This document shows positions 1-10,124 of a stretch of DNA of 64,000 nucleotides, one piece after another. Origin of the DNA: an uncultured Dehalococcoidia bacterium (GTDB taxonomy: Bacteria > Chloroflexota > Dehalococcoidia > Bin125); the NCBI GenBank assembly GCA_958295515.1, contig CATQGW010000001.1, forward strand, positions 580,923 to 644,922, read 5' to 3'. Under the pieces are notes generated by a model, which saw only the letters and a program-made list of their open reading frames with translations, was not told the DNA's origin and ran no database searches. Both the position numbers and the translations under genes were made by a program. Each line of letters begins with the position of its first letter. The stretch's first letter is position 1.

Positions 1-29
1 GCGCTGACCGCGCGCGCTACCATCCCCGC

Positions 30-407
30 ATGGTCACCTACGACAGACTCCCGATGCGCGATGTGCTCGTCAACCGTCTGGGCTGGACGGAGGAAGACGC
101 CTACGCATTCCTCGAAGCGCTCGCAGCCCCCACGGAGCACTTGGCCACGAAAGACGACATCGCCGCGCTCCGAGCAGAGATCGCTGTCGTGCGCGTCGAG
201 CTCAGGGAAGAATTGGGAACGGCGGTTGAGCAGCTCAAGGAGTACATCAACGAACGCCTGGCTGCTCTCGAACAGCTCCAGAATGAGCGCGATCACGGCA
301 TGCGCATGGAATTCCGAGCGGCGCTCCGCAGCCTCGAGCTGCGGATGGTCCTGTTTACCGCCGGCGTGGGCGGCGCGATCATCGGCGTGATCATCGCCCG
401 CACCTGA
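30..407 (+). CDS. hypothetical protein, coiled-coil with C-terminal hydrophobic anchor
   Basis: 125-aa ORF. Heptad-like charged helical region (AALRAEIAVVRVELREEL...). C-terminal TM-like segment VLFTAGVGGAIIGVIIA. No recognisable catalytic motif. Confidence 0.4.
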   Translation: MVTYDRLPMRDVLVNRLGWTEEDAYAFLEALAAPTEHLATKDDIAALRAEIAVVRVELREELGTAVEQLKEYINERLAALEQLQNERDHGMRMEFRAALRSLELRMVLFTAGVGGAIIGVIIART

Positions 408-418
408 GGACGCTCCCG

Positions 419-3400
419 CTAGTTCGTCAGCCGCAGCTCCCGGTTCAGCTCCAGGTTCAGATACCACCGCCAGGTCGCCAGCACCCCCAGCAACAGCACC
501 GCGATCAGCGCCCCGAAGGCGACCCCCAGAATCTGCCAATCGGTCTCGATCACGAACGGCGGCAGCACCTCCCGACCCGCCTCGTCGAACTCCAGATAGG
601 CCAGCAGCAACTGCGAGATGCGGTTGCCCAGCAGCACCCCCAGCGCCAGACCGCTGCCCACGATCAGCACGTACTCCAGCAGCACCTGCACCAGAATCGA
701 TAGGTTGCCCACCCCCACCGTGCGCAGCAGCGCCATCTCCAGCCGGCGTTGCCGCGCCGACACCGCCATCGAGACCAGGAAGGCCAGCGCCAGCAGCACG
801 CTGATCGCGATAAACGCCACCAGCAGAATCCCGCTGCCGCCCGCCGTCGTCAGCGGATCGCGCCCCTGCTCGTAGAGCCGCTCCTCCAAATCGCTCCAGT
901 CGCGCAGCGAATAGCGCGGCCGCTGCAGCTCCGCCATCGTCGCCGCCAGCTGCTCCGGATCGTCCGTCAGATCCAGCCAGACCTCCGTCGGTCCCACGCT
1001 GGGCCGCAGCGCCGTCACCGCGCTCAGATGGAACAGCGCGTCGTAATCGGCCACGATGAACGAATTCTCGTCCGGGCGCAGTGTCGGGAATAGCGCCACA
1101 ATCGCCGCCACCCGCCCGCGCACGATCATCGCGTCCATCCGCACCGTGAAACGATCCCCCACCTCCAGCAGCTGCCGCTCGGCAAAGTCCGCGCTGATGA
1201 TCATCGGCACCGTGCAGCGCTGGCCCGAGCAGATCGAGGGATCCGCGAAGTGCGCCGCGCGCAGCCCCGGACTCTGCCCGATGCCCGGCGTGAACTCCAT
1301 CACGTAAGCGCCGCTGACCGCGTCCTCCGCCTCGCTGAACACCAGCTGGTCGTCCGCCTCCCGCCGCTGCCGGAAGCGCGCCCAGCTGGCATCCTCGAAA
1401 TCCTCCACGATCAACTCGCGCCCGTCCGCCTGAATCGCCGTCACCGCGTCGAAGCGCACCACCGACGGCTCCGAGACGAACACCCCGAACGGCTCGCTCA
1501 TCACAATCGAATGCAGCGTGTAGGGCGCCACCGCGCCCGCCCCGACCACCTGCCGGCTGAACTCCACATCGATCGGCGTCCAGCCCAGCTCCGGCTCAGG
1601 CACCTCAATCTGCCCCGCCGTGAAATAGCGCCCGTTGCCGTCTCGGATCCGCACCCAGATCGTCTGATCACTCTCCCCCTCGGTCAGATCCACCCAGATG
1701 CGCAGCGTCTCCGTGTTGTCCGGAATGCCCACCCCCCGACCGGTCGGCGGCACATCGATCAGCCGGATCAGATCGTCGAAGGCCAACTCCGAGAGGTCGT
1801 CGCGGAACCAGAGCATCTCCCGCGCGTCGCGCGGCTCCACCGCCAGCAGGTTCACCGCCGAGGCTGTGCCCACGCTGCGCCCCGCCGCCACGCCCGAACG
1901 GTGCGTCACGCTGAGATGCTCAACCCCTTCAATCTCCCCCAGCCGACGATGCACCCCGCTCGGCGTGCTGTAGGCCCCGTCGCCCAGCTGCACGCGGTGC
2001 TCCACGCCGGAGTCGTACTGAATCCGTTCAGTCAGCGAGCGATCCACCGTATCCGCATAGGACGCCGCAAACGTGCCCAGCGCCGCGCCCAACATCAGCA
2101 AAATCGTCAGCCGCGCCGCCGGCCCCACCGTCCGCGAGACGTAGCGCAGCGTCGCCGCAATCGAGAGCGGGAAGCGGTCATACGTGACCCAGGCCACGAA
2201 GCGGTAGAGCCACGGCAAAATACGCAAAATCACCAGCGCCGCCGCCAGCGCGAACAGAATCGGCGTGCTCAGCAGCAGCGGATCCGCCGAGAGCCCGCCC
2301 ACGCTGTTGCGCTCGAACACCGTGCCCCGCAAATCCGCCTCAAAAATCAAACCCACCGCGACCAGCACCAGCGCCACATCGAGGTAGTAGCGCTGTAGCG
2401 CGTTCTGCGTGACCGGCCGCGTCAGCCCCCGCAGCCGCTCCGAGAGCACCCGCGTGCGGCTCGCCATAACCAACGGCACCAGCATGAAGACCACCGCCAC
2501 GATCGCCCCCGCCGCAGCCAGCAGGAAGGCGTCATCGGTCAGCGTCACGTTGATCGGCTTGCCGCCGGTCAGCGGCTCGAAGATGCCCGTGTAGCCCAGC
2601 AAGCTGATCACCCCCGCCGCGATCAGCGGTCCGATGATCGCCGAAACAATCGCCAGCACCAGCCCCTCGATCGCCGTCAGCCCCAGCACCTGCCCAAGCG
2701 ACGCCCCGCGGCTGCGCATCGAGAACAACTCCTCGCGCCGCTGCGCCACCAGCACCCCCGAGACCACCACGATGTAGAACAGCGCGATCCCCACAATCTG
2801 CGCCAGCAGCAGCAAAATCGGCGCGCGCGCAAACGAAAGATCGCGCGTGAACTCGTCCAGCCGCGGCTCGATCGGGCTCAGCACCGTGCCGCCCATCGTG
2901 CGCAGATCGGCGCGCAGCAGGTCGAACATCGCCTGCGTGTCCGCCAGCACCGCCACATTCAGCTGATCCGTATCGATCTCGCTGATCCAGGCAGTGCTGG
3001 CCGGATATTGCCCAATCAGGTCGACCAGATATTGATCGAAGGTGGTTGTCGAGACCAGCAGCGGAATCACCTGCGCGCGCGGTGTGCCGGTGTAGATCGG
3101 TCCGCTGATGCGGCGCGGCACCCGCGACCAGAAGGGACTCTCGTAATCATCGGGGCGCACGATCGCCGTGACCACGACCGGCATCACCCGCTCAACCTGC
3201 AGCGTCGGCTGGCAGGGTGGGCGCGGCGGCGGCGGCGGTCCGCCCGGCGGCGGATCCGGCTCGCGGTCGCATTCATCGAACCCGTCGCGGATGTTGAAGC
3301 GCTGCCCCGGTTCGATCCCGTAGGCCCGTGCCACCACCGCCGGCACCGCCACCTGTAGCGGCTCGCGCAGCTGCGCACCCCGCAGCCCCTCATTCTGCTC

Positions 3401-3853
3401 CAGCTGCGGCGGGAAGGGCAGCCGGCCCGCGATCACCTCCACCTGATCAAACGCTCCCTCCAGCGCGGCGAACATCCCGAACGGCTGCTCCTGCGTACCC
3501 GACCGCGGCGCCTGATCCGTCCCCATCGGAATCGTCGCGATATAGCGCCGCCGCCCCGACTCCAACTCGCCGAAGCGCTCCGAGACGCTCTGCTCGACGT
3601 ACTCCCGCGCCGCGAAATTCGCCCCGCCGCTCAGCGGCGTGTTGTTCAGAACCGCGAACGACTGGCGGCGATCCTCCAGCTGGTTGCGCAGCGTCACCGT
3701 CAACGACAGGTCCGACACCGCCCGCGTGTAAATCGAGGTCGCCGCCATCAGAATCGCGGCCACCAGAATGCCCGCCGCGATCACCAGCTGGAAACGCCAA
3801 CTGTCGCGCATCCGGCGATAGACGAACGCAAGCACCACCGCGGGGGTTTCCAC
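419..3853 (-). CDS. large FtsX-family ABC transporter permease (two FtsX 4-TM modules, MacB-like)
   Basis: 1144-aa ORF. N-terminal TM helix after an R-rich start. Two separated clusters of 3-4 TM helices typical of FtsX/MacB permeases, with large extracytoplasmic domains. Pro-rich segment PDPPPGGPPPPPRPP. Paralogous to the divergent downstream gene. Confidence 0.8.
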   Translation of the reverse strand: METPAVVLAFVYRRMRDSWRFQLVIAAGILVAAILMAATSIYTRAVSDLSLTVTLRNQLEDRRQSFAVLNNTPLSGGANFAAREYVEQSVSERFGELESGRRRYIATIPMGTDQAPRSGTQEQPFGMFAALEGAFDQVEVIAGRLPFPPQLEQNEGLRGAQLREPLQVAVPAVVARAYGIEPGQRFNIRDGFDECDREPDPPPGGPPPPPRPPCQPTLQVERVMPVVVTAIVRPDDYESPFWSRVPRRISGPIYTGTPRAQVIPLLVSTTTFDQYLVDLIGQYPASTAWISEIDTDQLNVAVLADTQAMFDLLRADLRTMGGTVLSPIEPRLDEFTRDLSFARAPILLLLAQIVGIALFYIVVVSGVLVAQRREELFSMRSRGASLGQVLGLTAIEGLVLAIVSAIIGPLIAAGVISLLGYTGIFEPLTGGKPINVTLTDDAFLLAAAGAIVAVVFMLVPLVMASRTRVLSERLRGLTRPVTQNALQRYYLDVALVLVAVGLIFEADLRGTVFERNSVGGLSADPLLLSTPILFALAAALVILRILPWLYRFVAWVTYDRFPLSIAATLRYVSRTVGPAARLTILLMLGAALGTFAASYADTVDRSLTERIQYDSGVEHRVQLGDGAYSTPSGVHRRLGEIEGVEHLSVTHRSGVAAGRSVGTASAVNLLAVEPRDAREMLWFRDDLSELAFDDLIRLIDVPPTGRGVGIPDNTETLRIWVDLTEGESDQTIWVRIRDGNGRYFTAGQIEVPEPELGWTPIDVEFSRQVVGAGAVAPYTLHSIVMSEPFGVFVSEPSVVRFDAVTAIQADGRELIVEDFEDASWARFRQRREADDQLVFSEAEDAVSGAYVMEFTPGIGQSPGLRAAHFADPSICSGQRCTVPMIISADFAERQLLEVGDRFTVRMDAMIVRGRVAAIVALFPTLRPDENSFIVADYDALFHLSAVTALRPSVGPTEVWLDLTDDPEQLAATMAELQRPRYSLRDWSDLEERLYEQGRDPLTTAGGSGILLVAFIAISVLLALAFLVSMAVSARQRRLEMALLRTVGVGNLSILVQVLLEYVLIVGSGLALGVLLGNRISQLLLAYLEFDEAGREVLPPFVIETDWQILGVAFGALIAVLLLGVLATWRWYLNLELNRELRLTN

Positions 3854-3983
3854 CTGGCTACGCTCCGCCCGCCGCCCCGTTGGTTCGGCTCATATTTCGG
3901 TGGGGCTTGTAGTCTACGTACAGCCTGCCCGACGATCATCGCTGCCGCCTCTGCGGCTGCGCTGTGTCTGTGAAACGCCGCCC

Positions 3984-6900
3984 ATGCTGAGTGCCTTCCC
4001 CACGGCGCTGCGGATCGCCATTCGCCGCCTCAACGGCAACCGCAGGCTCATGGCCGCCGTCGCCATCGGCGTCATCCTCGCCGTCGCCCTCATGGCCAGC
4101 ACCGTCATCTACCGCGGCGCGTTGCGCCAACTCGGCCTCCAGACCGACCTCAGCCGCGTGCCCGACGCCGAACTCGATGTGCGCATCCTCAACTCCGCCC
4201 ACGGCCTCGCCCGCGGGCTGGCCGACGAATCGTTCGACACCATCGACCGCCGCATGCGCCTCCCCCGCGAATACATCGGCGAAACCGTCCACTCGCTCAC
4301 CTCCGCCACCTTCTTCATGACCGAGGTGGGCCAAATTCCGCCCGAGCAGGACCCCCGCGACCGCGGGCGCGTCCTCTACTTCGAAGGCGTGCAGGACAAG
4401 ATCGAGCTGGTCGCCGGACGCTGGCCCAACTTCGGCGGCGCAGCCACCCCAGACGCGCCGCCCACGGTCGAGGTCGCGATCGGCCAACGCGCCGCCGAGT
4501 CCGGCGGCTTCGAGTTGGGCACCCGACGCGCCATCCACCCCTCCTGGCAGGACGACACCGAGCCAATCACGATCGAAGTGGTCGGCATCGTTACCCCCAT
4601 CGACTACACCGAACGCTATTGGGGCGTGCGCCGCGATCACTTCCATGTACCGACCGAGACGACCGACGCCTTCGCCTTCTTCGCCCCCCGCGAGACGCTG
4701 ATCGACACGATGGCCGGCTACCTGCCAACCCTGCGCGCACGCCTCGAAGTGCTCGCCATGGTCGACCGCCAGGCCTTCACCTCCGACATGGCCGGCGACG
4801 CCGCCCTGCGCTTCCGCGGCGCCTTCGAGGCGATCACCAAGGAAATCGACCGCACCCGCGTCGAAACCGAAATCGTCAAAACCCTGGACGCCTACGAAAC
4901 CAAAGAGTTCTTCTCCTCAATCCCCCTGCTGGTGCTCACCTTGCAGATCGTCGGCATCGTGCTCTTCTACCTCGTGCTTGTCTCAACGATGGTGGTCGAG
5001 CGCCAGTCGGCCGAGGTGGCGCTGCTCAAGAGCCGCGGCGCCGGCCTCTGGCACATCATGACCATCTCCGCCCTCGAAGGGCTGCTGCTCGTCGCGCTCG
5101 GACTCGGGCTGGGTCCACTGGTCGCCCAGGAGGCGATCGCCCTGCTCGGCTTCGCGCCCGCCTTCGACGGCCTCACCGGCGGCGCGCGCCTCAGCGTCGA
5201 ACTGACCGGCGAGACCTACATCTGGGCCGGCGGCGGCGCGCTGCTCTCCTTCATCGCCCTGCTCTGGCCCGCCTGGCGCTCCAACCGCGCCACCGTCGTC
5301 CACTACGTCCGCTCCACCTCCCGCCCACAGGACAAACCCGCCTTCCAGCGCTACTACCTCGACCTCGTCGTGGTCGGCGTCGGCGCGCTGCTCTTCTTCC
5401 AGCTGCAAGACTCCGGCTCGCTCGTCACCGAAGACCTCTTCGGCGGCCTCGACCAGGACCCGCTCCTCCTCATCGCTCCCGCCGTCTTCGTCGTCACCAT
5501 CGCCGTCCTCTTCCTCCGACTCTTCCCCATCATGCTCTCCGCCTTCGCCTGGATCGCCCGCCAGATCGGCGGCGCTTCAATGCAGATGGTGCTCTGGCAC
5601 CTGACCCGCGCCCCCGTACAACCCGGACGCCTCGCCCTCCTGCTGATCATGGCCACCAGCCTGGGCATGTTCGGCGGCACCTTCGGCGCAACCCTCGACC
5701 GCTCCTTTGACGACCGCGCCGCCTACGAGTCCGGCGCCGCCCTGCGCCTCGCCGACATCCGCTCCGGCGGCGCCTCCGCCCAGATGCTCGAAGCCGACCT
5801 CGCCGACGCCCCAGGCATCGCCGCCATGACACCCGTCGTCCGCGCCAACGGCAGCTACACCCGCGGCGTGCTCGATGTCACCGACGCCACCGTCCTTGCC
5901 GTCGACCCCGAATCGTTCGGCGATGTGCTCTGGTACCGCGACGACTTCGCCCTCGACGGGATCGACGATCTGCTCGCCAAGCTCGAAGCGCCGCAGGTCG
6001 AAATCCCCGAGTTGCTCGTCCCCGCCGACGCCCGCTACGTCGGCCTCTGGATGTGGCTGCCCGACTCGCGCGGCGCGCTCTCCCCCACCATCCGGATCAA
6101 GAACGCCGAAGGCCGCTACCGCGACCTCAACCTGGAGGGACTGCCGCGCGGGCGCGGCTTCGGCGGCGGACCGATTGAGCAGGGCTGGCGCTTCCTCGCC
6201 GGCGATCTGCAGAGCAGCCCCGGCGGCAGCGGTACGGGCCCCTGGCAGGTGCTCGCGATCGGCGTGCGCGCCTCCGGCTTCAGCGCCTTCTCCGGCAACA
6301 TCGTCTACGACGAACTGCAATACAGCGCCGCCACGGCGCTGCCCGAAGACTGGAGCGAAAACGGCTTCAGCGACGGCGTCGTAATCGAAGGCTTCGAGAC
6401 CCAGGGGCGCTGGACCGTCTTCTCCGACATCATCCGCGAGGACTGGCCAGACGACGCGCGGCTCGACGACTCCAACGTCTACGGCGGCGAAACGGCGATG
6501 CGCTACCGCTGGAGCCAGGACATTCGCGCCGGCATCCCGCGCGGTGTGCGCCTCGCCGGTCCCGAAATCCCCCTGCCCGTCGTCGTCAGCCTCGACTTCC
6601 TCGAAGAGGCGGCCCTGGAAGTCGGCTCGATCGTCAAGATCGGCGTCGCCAACATCTTCGTCCCCATCCAAATCGTCGGCTCCTTCGACCTCTTCCCCAC
6701 TTGGGACCCGGCCGGCGGACGTTCACTGCTCCTGGCCGACCGCGAGTATCTCGATTACCGCGTCAACCGCAACCCCACCAGCGGCGGCGCGCTCGCCCCC
6801 AGCGAAATCTGGGTCCGCCCCACCGACGACGACGGCCTCCAGGAGCTGCGCAGCTACCTCGAACTCTCCCCACCCTGGCTCCACACCCCCTGGGACGTCC

Positions 6901-7370
6901 AGGCAATCCGCAGCCTGCAGGACGAAGACCCGCTCGTCGCCGCCGGCTGGGAAGGCCTGCTCTTCATCACCTTCATCGCCATCGTCCTGCTCAGCGCCCT
7001 CGGCTTCCTCGTCGCCTCAGTACTCGTCGCCCAACAGCAGCAGGGCGAGTTCGCCGTCCTCCGCACCATGGGCTTCTCCACCCGCCAGGTCCTGATCGTC
7101 GTCGGCCTCGAAAAGCTCCTCATCATCTTCGTCTCCATGGCCATCGGCACCCTGCTCGGCCTCCAGCTGGGCGTGATGATGCTCGAATTCGTCGGCTTCG
7201 TCGAAACCGGCGAAGCCCTCCTCCCGCCCTTCGTCACCGTCACCGACTGGGCCACCATCGGCGGCGCCTACGGCGTGCTCGGGCTCGTCTTCCTCGGCGC
7301 AATCGCAATCATCGTCGGCATCTACATGCGCATGGCCATCGGCCAAATCCTCCGCATCGGCACCGAGTAA
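3984..7370 (+). CDS. large FtsX-family ABC transporter permease (paralog of 419-3853)
   Basis: ATG at 3984 (MLSAFPTALRIAIRRLNGNRR...) parallels the N-terminus of the divergent paralog. Two FtsX-like TM bundles (…LQIVGIVLFYLVLVSTMVVERQSAEVALLKSRGA… and C-terminal …FAVLRTMGFSTRQV…). Divergent arrangement, 130-bp shared upstream region. Confidence 0.8.
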   Translation: MLSAFPTALRIAIRRLNGNRRLMAAVAIGVILAVALMASTVIYRGALRQLGLQTDLSRVPDAELDVRILNSAHGLARGLADESFDTIDRRMRLPREYIGETVHSLTSATFFMTEVGQIPPEQDPRDRGRVLYFEGVQDKIELVAGRWPNFGGAATPDAPPTVEVAIGQRAAESGGFELGTRRAIHPSWQDDTEPITIEVVGIVTPIDYTERYWGVRRDHFHVPTETTDAFAFFAPRETLIDTMAGYLPTLRARLEVLAMVDRQAFTSDMAGDAALRFRGAFEAITKEIDRTRVETEIVKTLDAYETKEFFSSIPLLVLTLQIVGIVLFYLVLVSTMVVERQSAEVALLKSRGAGLWHIMTISALEGLLLVALGLGLGPLVAQEAIALLGFAPAFDGLTGGARLSVELTGETYIWAGGGALLSFIALLWPAWRSNRATVVHYVRSTSRPQDKPAFQRYYLDLVVVGVGALLFFQLQDSGSLVTEDLFGGLDQDPLLLIAPAVFVVTIAVLFLRLFPIMLSAFAWIARQIGGASMQMVLWHLTRAPVQPGRLALLLIMATSLGMFGGTFGATLDRSFDDRAAYESGAALRLADIRSGGASAQMLEADLADAPGIAAMTPVVRANGSYTRGVLDVTDATVLAVDPESFGDVLWYRDDFALDGIDDLLAKLEAPQVEIPELLVPADARYVGLWMWLPDSRGALSPTIRIKNAEGRYRDLNLEGLPRGRGFGGGPIEQGWRFLAGDLQSSPGGSGTGPWQVLAIGVRASGFSAFSGNIVYDELQYSAATALPEDWSENGFSDGVVIEGFETQGRWTVFSDIIREDWPDDARLDDSNVYGGETAMRYRWSQDIRAGIPRGVRLAGPEIPLPVVVSLDFLEEAALEVGSIVKIGVANIFVPIQIVGSFDLFPTWDPAGGRSLLLADREYLDYRVNRNPTSGGALAPSEIWVRPTDDDGLQELRSYLELSPPWLHTPWDVQAIRSLQDEDPLVAAGWEGLLFITFIAIVLLSALGFLVASVLVAQQQQGEFAVLRTMGFSTRQVLIVVGLEKLLIIFVSMAIGTLLGLQLGVMMLEFVGFVETGEALLPPFVTVTDWATIGGAYGVLGLVFLGAIAIIVGIYMRMAIGQILRIGTE

Positions 7371-7410
7371 GCGTCAGTCGCCGCTCATCCGACGCGGCTG
7401 AGGCGGCCGT

Positions 7411-8700
7411 TTACCTCGTCGCAACCAGCTCGCCGGCCTCTTCCATGGCCCCGCCCTCGCGGAAGACGGAGCGCAGCCGCGGCATCGCGCCCGCCCAGAG
7501 CAGCAGCGCAACCACGAAAATCACCCCCGGCACGGTGATCAGGACGCGCACCCCAATGAAGTCGGAGGCGAGGCCGTTGGCCAAAATCATCACCGCCATG
7601 ATCCCCCCGGCGACCATCGCGTAGATCGCAATGATCCGCCCACGAATCGCGTCCGGCACCACGGCCTGAATCATCACCGTCGTCAGCGCCATGAACATCG
7701 CCTGGCTGGCTCCGGCCAGCGCTGCGCCGGCGATCGCCACCCCCAGCGAGGGCGCCAGCCCCAAAATCGGCAGCACCGCCCCCGAGAGCAGCCCCGTGAT
7801 CAGCAACAGCCGCCCCCGAATCGGACCATCCGGCACCATCGACAGCGCCACCGTCGCCACCAGCGCCCCTCCGCCCACGCCCATCAGCAGAAAGCCGTAC
7901 TCCGATGAACCGCCGCCCAACTCAACCTTCGCGAACACCACCAGCATCGCATCGAAAGCCATCGTCAGCATGCACTGCAACGCCGCCAGGCCGATCAGCA
8001 GCAGCACCGAACGCGCCTGGCCGAGATACTGCAAACCCTCCCGCAGGTTCCTCACCGCGTCGGAGAGCACGCTCGCGTTGGTCCCCACGATGCCGCCAGT
8101 CGAGCGGGTCTTGATCCGACTCATCTGGACGATCGACAGCACGAGGAAGACGGCGGCGATCACGAACACCCACTTGGCCCCGTATTCGGCGAGGATCGGT
8201 CCCGCCACGGGGCCAATCACGCGCGAGCCGAACTGCATCATCGAGGCCAGCGTGATCGCGCTGAGCAGCGCCGCCGCCTTGATCGTGTTGGGCAGCAGCG
8301 CCGCCTGCGCCGGCATCTCCGCCGAGCGCACGATGCCGGAGCAGGCCGTGATCAGCACCAGGTTCCACAGCGTGATCGTCTCCGTGAAGGCCAGCGCGGC
8401 CAGCGCCAGCGCGCAGACCGCCGCCCCGCCGCGCGAGATCATCACCACCCGCGCCCGGTCGTAGCGATCCGCCAGCGCGCCGCCGATCGGGGCCAACACC
8501 CAGGGGCCAATCGCGGCGAAATAGACCAGCCCCACTGCCCAGCCGCTGTTCGTGAGCTCCCCGGCCAGCCAGCCGCGCGCTGTAATTAGTGCCCACAGCG
8601 AAACCGCCGACAACCCCGCCGCCCAGAACAGACGGCGATAATCACGCGACTCCATCGCCGGGAACAGGCGGCGCAGCGTGGTGGTTGAGCGTTCGGCCAT
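7411..8700 (-). CDS. MFS transporter
   Basis: 429 aa with ~12 predicted TM helices. MFS motif [11 protein letters not shown] after TM2. Paralog of the adjacent upstream gene. Confidence 0.8.
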   Translation of the reverse strand: MAERSTTTLRRLFPAMESRDYRRLFWAAGLSAVSLWALITARGWLAGELTNSGWAVGLVYFAAIGPWVLAPIGGALADRYDRARVVMISRGGAAVCALALAALAFTETITLWNLVLITACSGIVRSAEMPAQAALLPNTIKAAALLSAITLASMMQFGSRVIGPVAGPILAEYGAKWVFVIAAVFLVLSIVQMSRIKTRSTGGIVGTNASVLSDAVRNLREGLQYLGQARSVLLLIGLAALQCMLTMAFDAMLVVFAKVELGGGSSEYGFLLMGVGGGALVATVALSMVPDGPIRGRLLLITGLLSGAVLPILGLAPSLGVAIAGAALAGASQAMFMALTTVMIQAVVPDAIRGRIIAIYAMVAGGIMAVMILANGLASDFIGVRVLITVPGVIFVVALLLWAGAMPRLRSVFREGGAMEEAGELVATR

Positions 8701-8727
8701 TGCCCGCAGGCTAGCGCGTTCGCGCCC

Positions 8728-10032
8728 TCAGTCTCCGCCCCCGGCCGGAGCGGCCGCAGGCACGACCTCTGTGATCTCCCCATGGCGCACGATCGAGCGA
8801 ATCCGCGGCAGCCCGATCAGGAACAGGATCATCACACCGACGAAGATGACCCCCGGCACAACCGCGAACAGCCGCAGGTCCACATAGTCCGCCGCCAGAC
8901 TGCTCACCAATGCGCTCACCGACATGACCCCGCCGGCGAACATCGCATAGAGGCTCATCACCCGCCCGCGGATCGAATCGGGCACAACAGCCTGCACCAT
9001 CACGCTGGAGAGCGCCATGAACATCGCTGTGCTCGCCCCGGTGATCGCGCCCGTGGCGATCGCCAGCGGGAGCGTGCTGGTCAAGCCGAAGAGCGTGAGC
9101 GCCACACCCGACGTGAGCCCCACCACGAGCAGGATCCGTCCCCGAATCGCCCCACGGGGCACGGCCGAAAGCAAGACCGTCGCCACCAGCGCCCCGCCTC
9201 CGAAGCCCATCAGCAAGTATCCGAACTCGGTCGAGCCGCCGCCCAGCACCCGATCCGCGTAGGCCGGCAGCAGCGTCAGGTCGAACGCCATCGTCAGCAT
9301 GCAGTGCAGCGCCACCAGCCCAATCGTCAGCCGCACCATCGGCGCGCGCCCCAGGTACTGCAACCCGTCTCGAATGTTGTCCGCCGTCTCGCGCCAGATA
9401 CTCACGCCCGGGCGAGCTTCAATCCCTCCCGTCGATCGCACCGTCATCCGCATCATCTGCACGACCGAGAGCACGAGGATGATCGCCGCCCCAACGAAGA
9501 CCCAGCCCGCGCCGAGCTCGCTCAGCACCGGGCCCGCGACCGGCCCGATCACCTTCGAGCCGAACTGCATCATCGAGGCCAGCGTGATCGCGCTGAGCAG
9601 CGCTGCCCCCTTCACCGTGTTGGGCAGCAACGCGGCCTGCGCCGGCATCTCGCCGGAGCGGATGATGCCCGAAAGCACCGTGATCAGCACGAGATTCCAG
9701 AGCGCAATCGCCCCCGTGAACGCGAGAATCCCGAGTGCCAGTGCGGTGCAGGCCGCGCCGAGCCGGCAGATCATCACCACCCGCGCGCGGTCGTAGCGGT
9801 CCGCCAGCGCCCCGCCTAACGGCGCAAGCACCCACGGGCCGATCGCCGCGAACGTCACCACCCCGCTTGCCGATGCGCTGCCCGTCAGGTCGTAGGCGAT
9901 CCAGCCCCGCGCCGTGATCAGCGCCCACAGCGAAATCGCCGACAGCCCCGCCGCGTAGAACAGCTTGCGGTACTCCGACGACTCCATCGCCGGAAACAGC
10001 CGCCGCATCGTGCCGTCCCTTGTGCTGGCCAT
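8728..10032 (-). CDS. MFS transporter (tandem paralog)
   Basis: 434 aa. N-terminus RRLFPAMES(S/R)(E/D)YR(K/R)LF and [16 protein letters not shown] are nearly identical to the 7411-8700 product. Same strand, 27-bp spacing. Confidence 0.8.
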   Translation of the reverse strand: MASTRDGTMRRLFPAMESSEYRKLFYAAGLSAISLWALITARGWIAYDLTGSASASGVVTFAAIGPWVLAPLGGALADRYDRARVVMICRLGAACTALALGILAFTGAIALWNLVLITVLSGIIRSGEMPAQAALLPNTVKGAALLSAITLASMMQFGSKVIGPVAGPVLSELGAGWVFVGAAIILVLSVVQMMRMTVRSTGGIEARPGVSIWRETADNIRDGLQYLGRAPMVRLTIGLVALHCMLTMAFDLTLLPAYADRVLGGGSTEFGYLLMGFGGGALVATVLLSAVPRGAIRGRILLVVGLTSGVALTLFGLTSTLPLAIATGAITGASTAMFMALSSVMVQAVVPDSIRGRVMSLYAMFAGGVMSVSALVSSLAADYVDLRLFAVVPGVIFVGVMILFLIGLPRIRSIVRHGEITEVVPAAAPAGGGD

Positions 10033-10124
10033 TGCGGCAGCCTACGGCTTTTCGCTGCCCAACGTTTGCGCGCGATACCCTGCGGGCGGTGGACAGCGCC
10101 GATCACACTCCGAGGAGGGACGCC

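Noticed and set aside
1250-2398. 382-aa Arg/His-rich ORF on + strand
   Set aside because: Antisense shadow of the FtsX permease gene in a 70% GC region. Low-complexity basic composition.This is typical of out-of-frame GC-rich translation.
4619-6671. 363/364-aa ORFs on both strands inside FtsX permease 2
   Set aside because: Alternative-frame or antisense ORFs with Arg/Pro/Gly-rich junk composition. The + frame-1 product has coherent TM and FtsX features.
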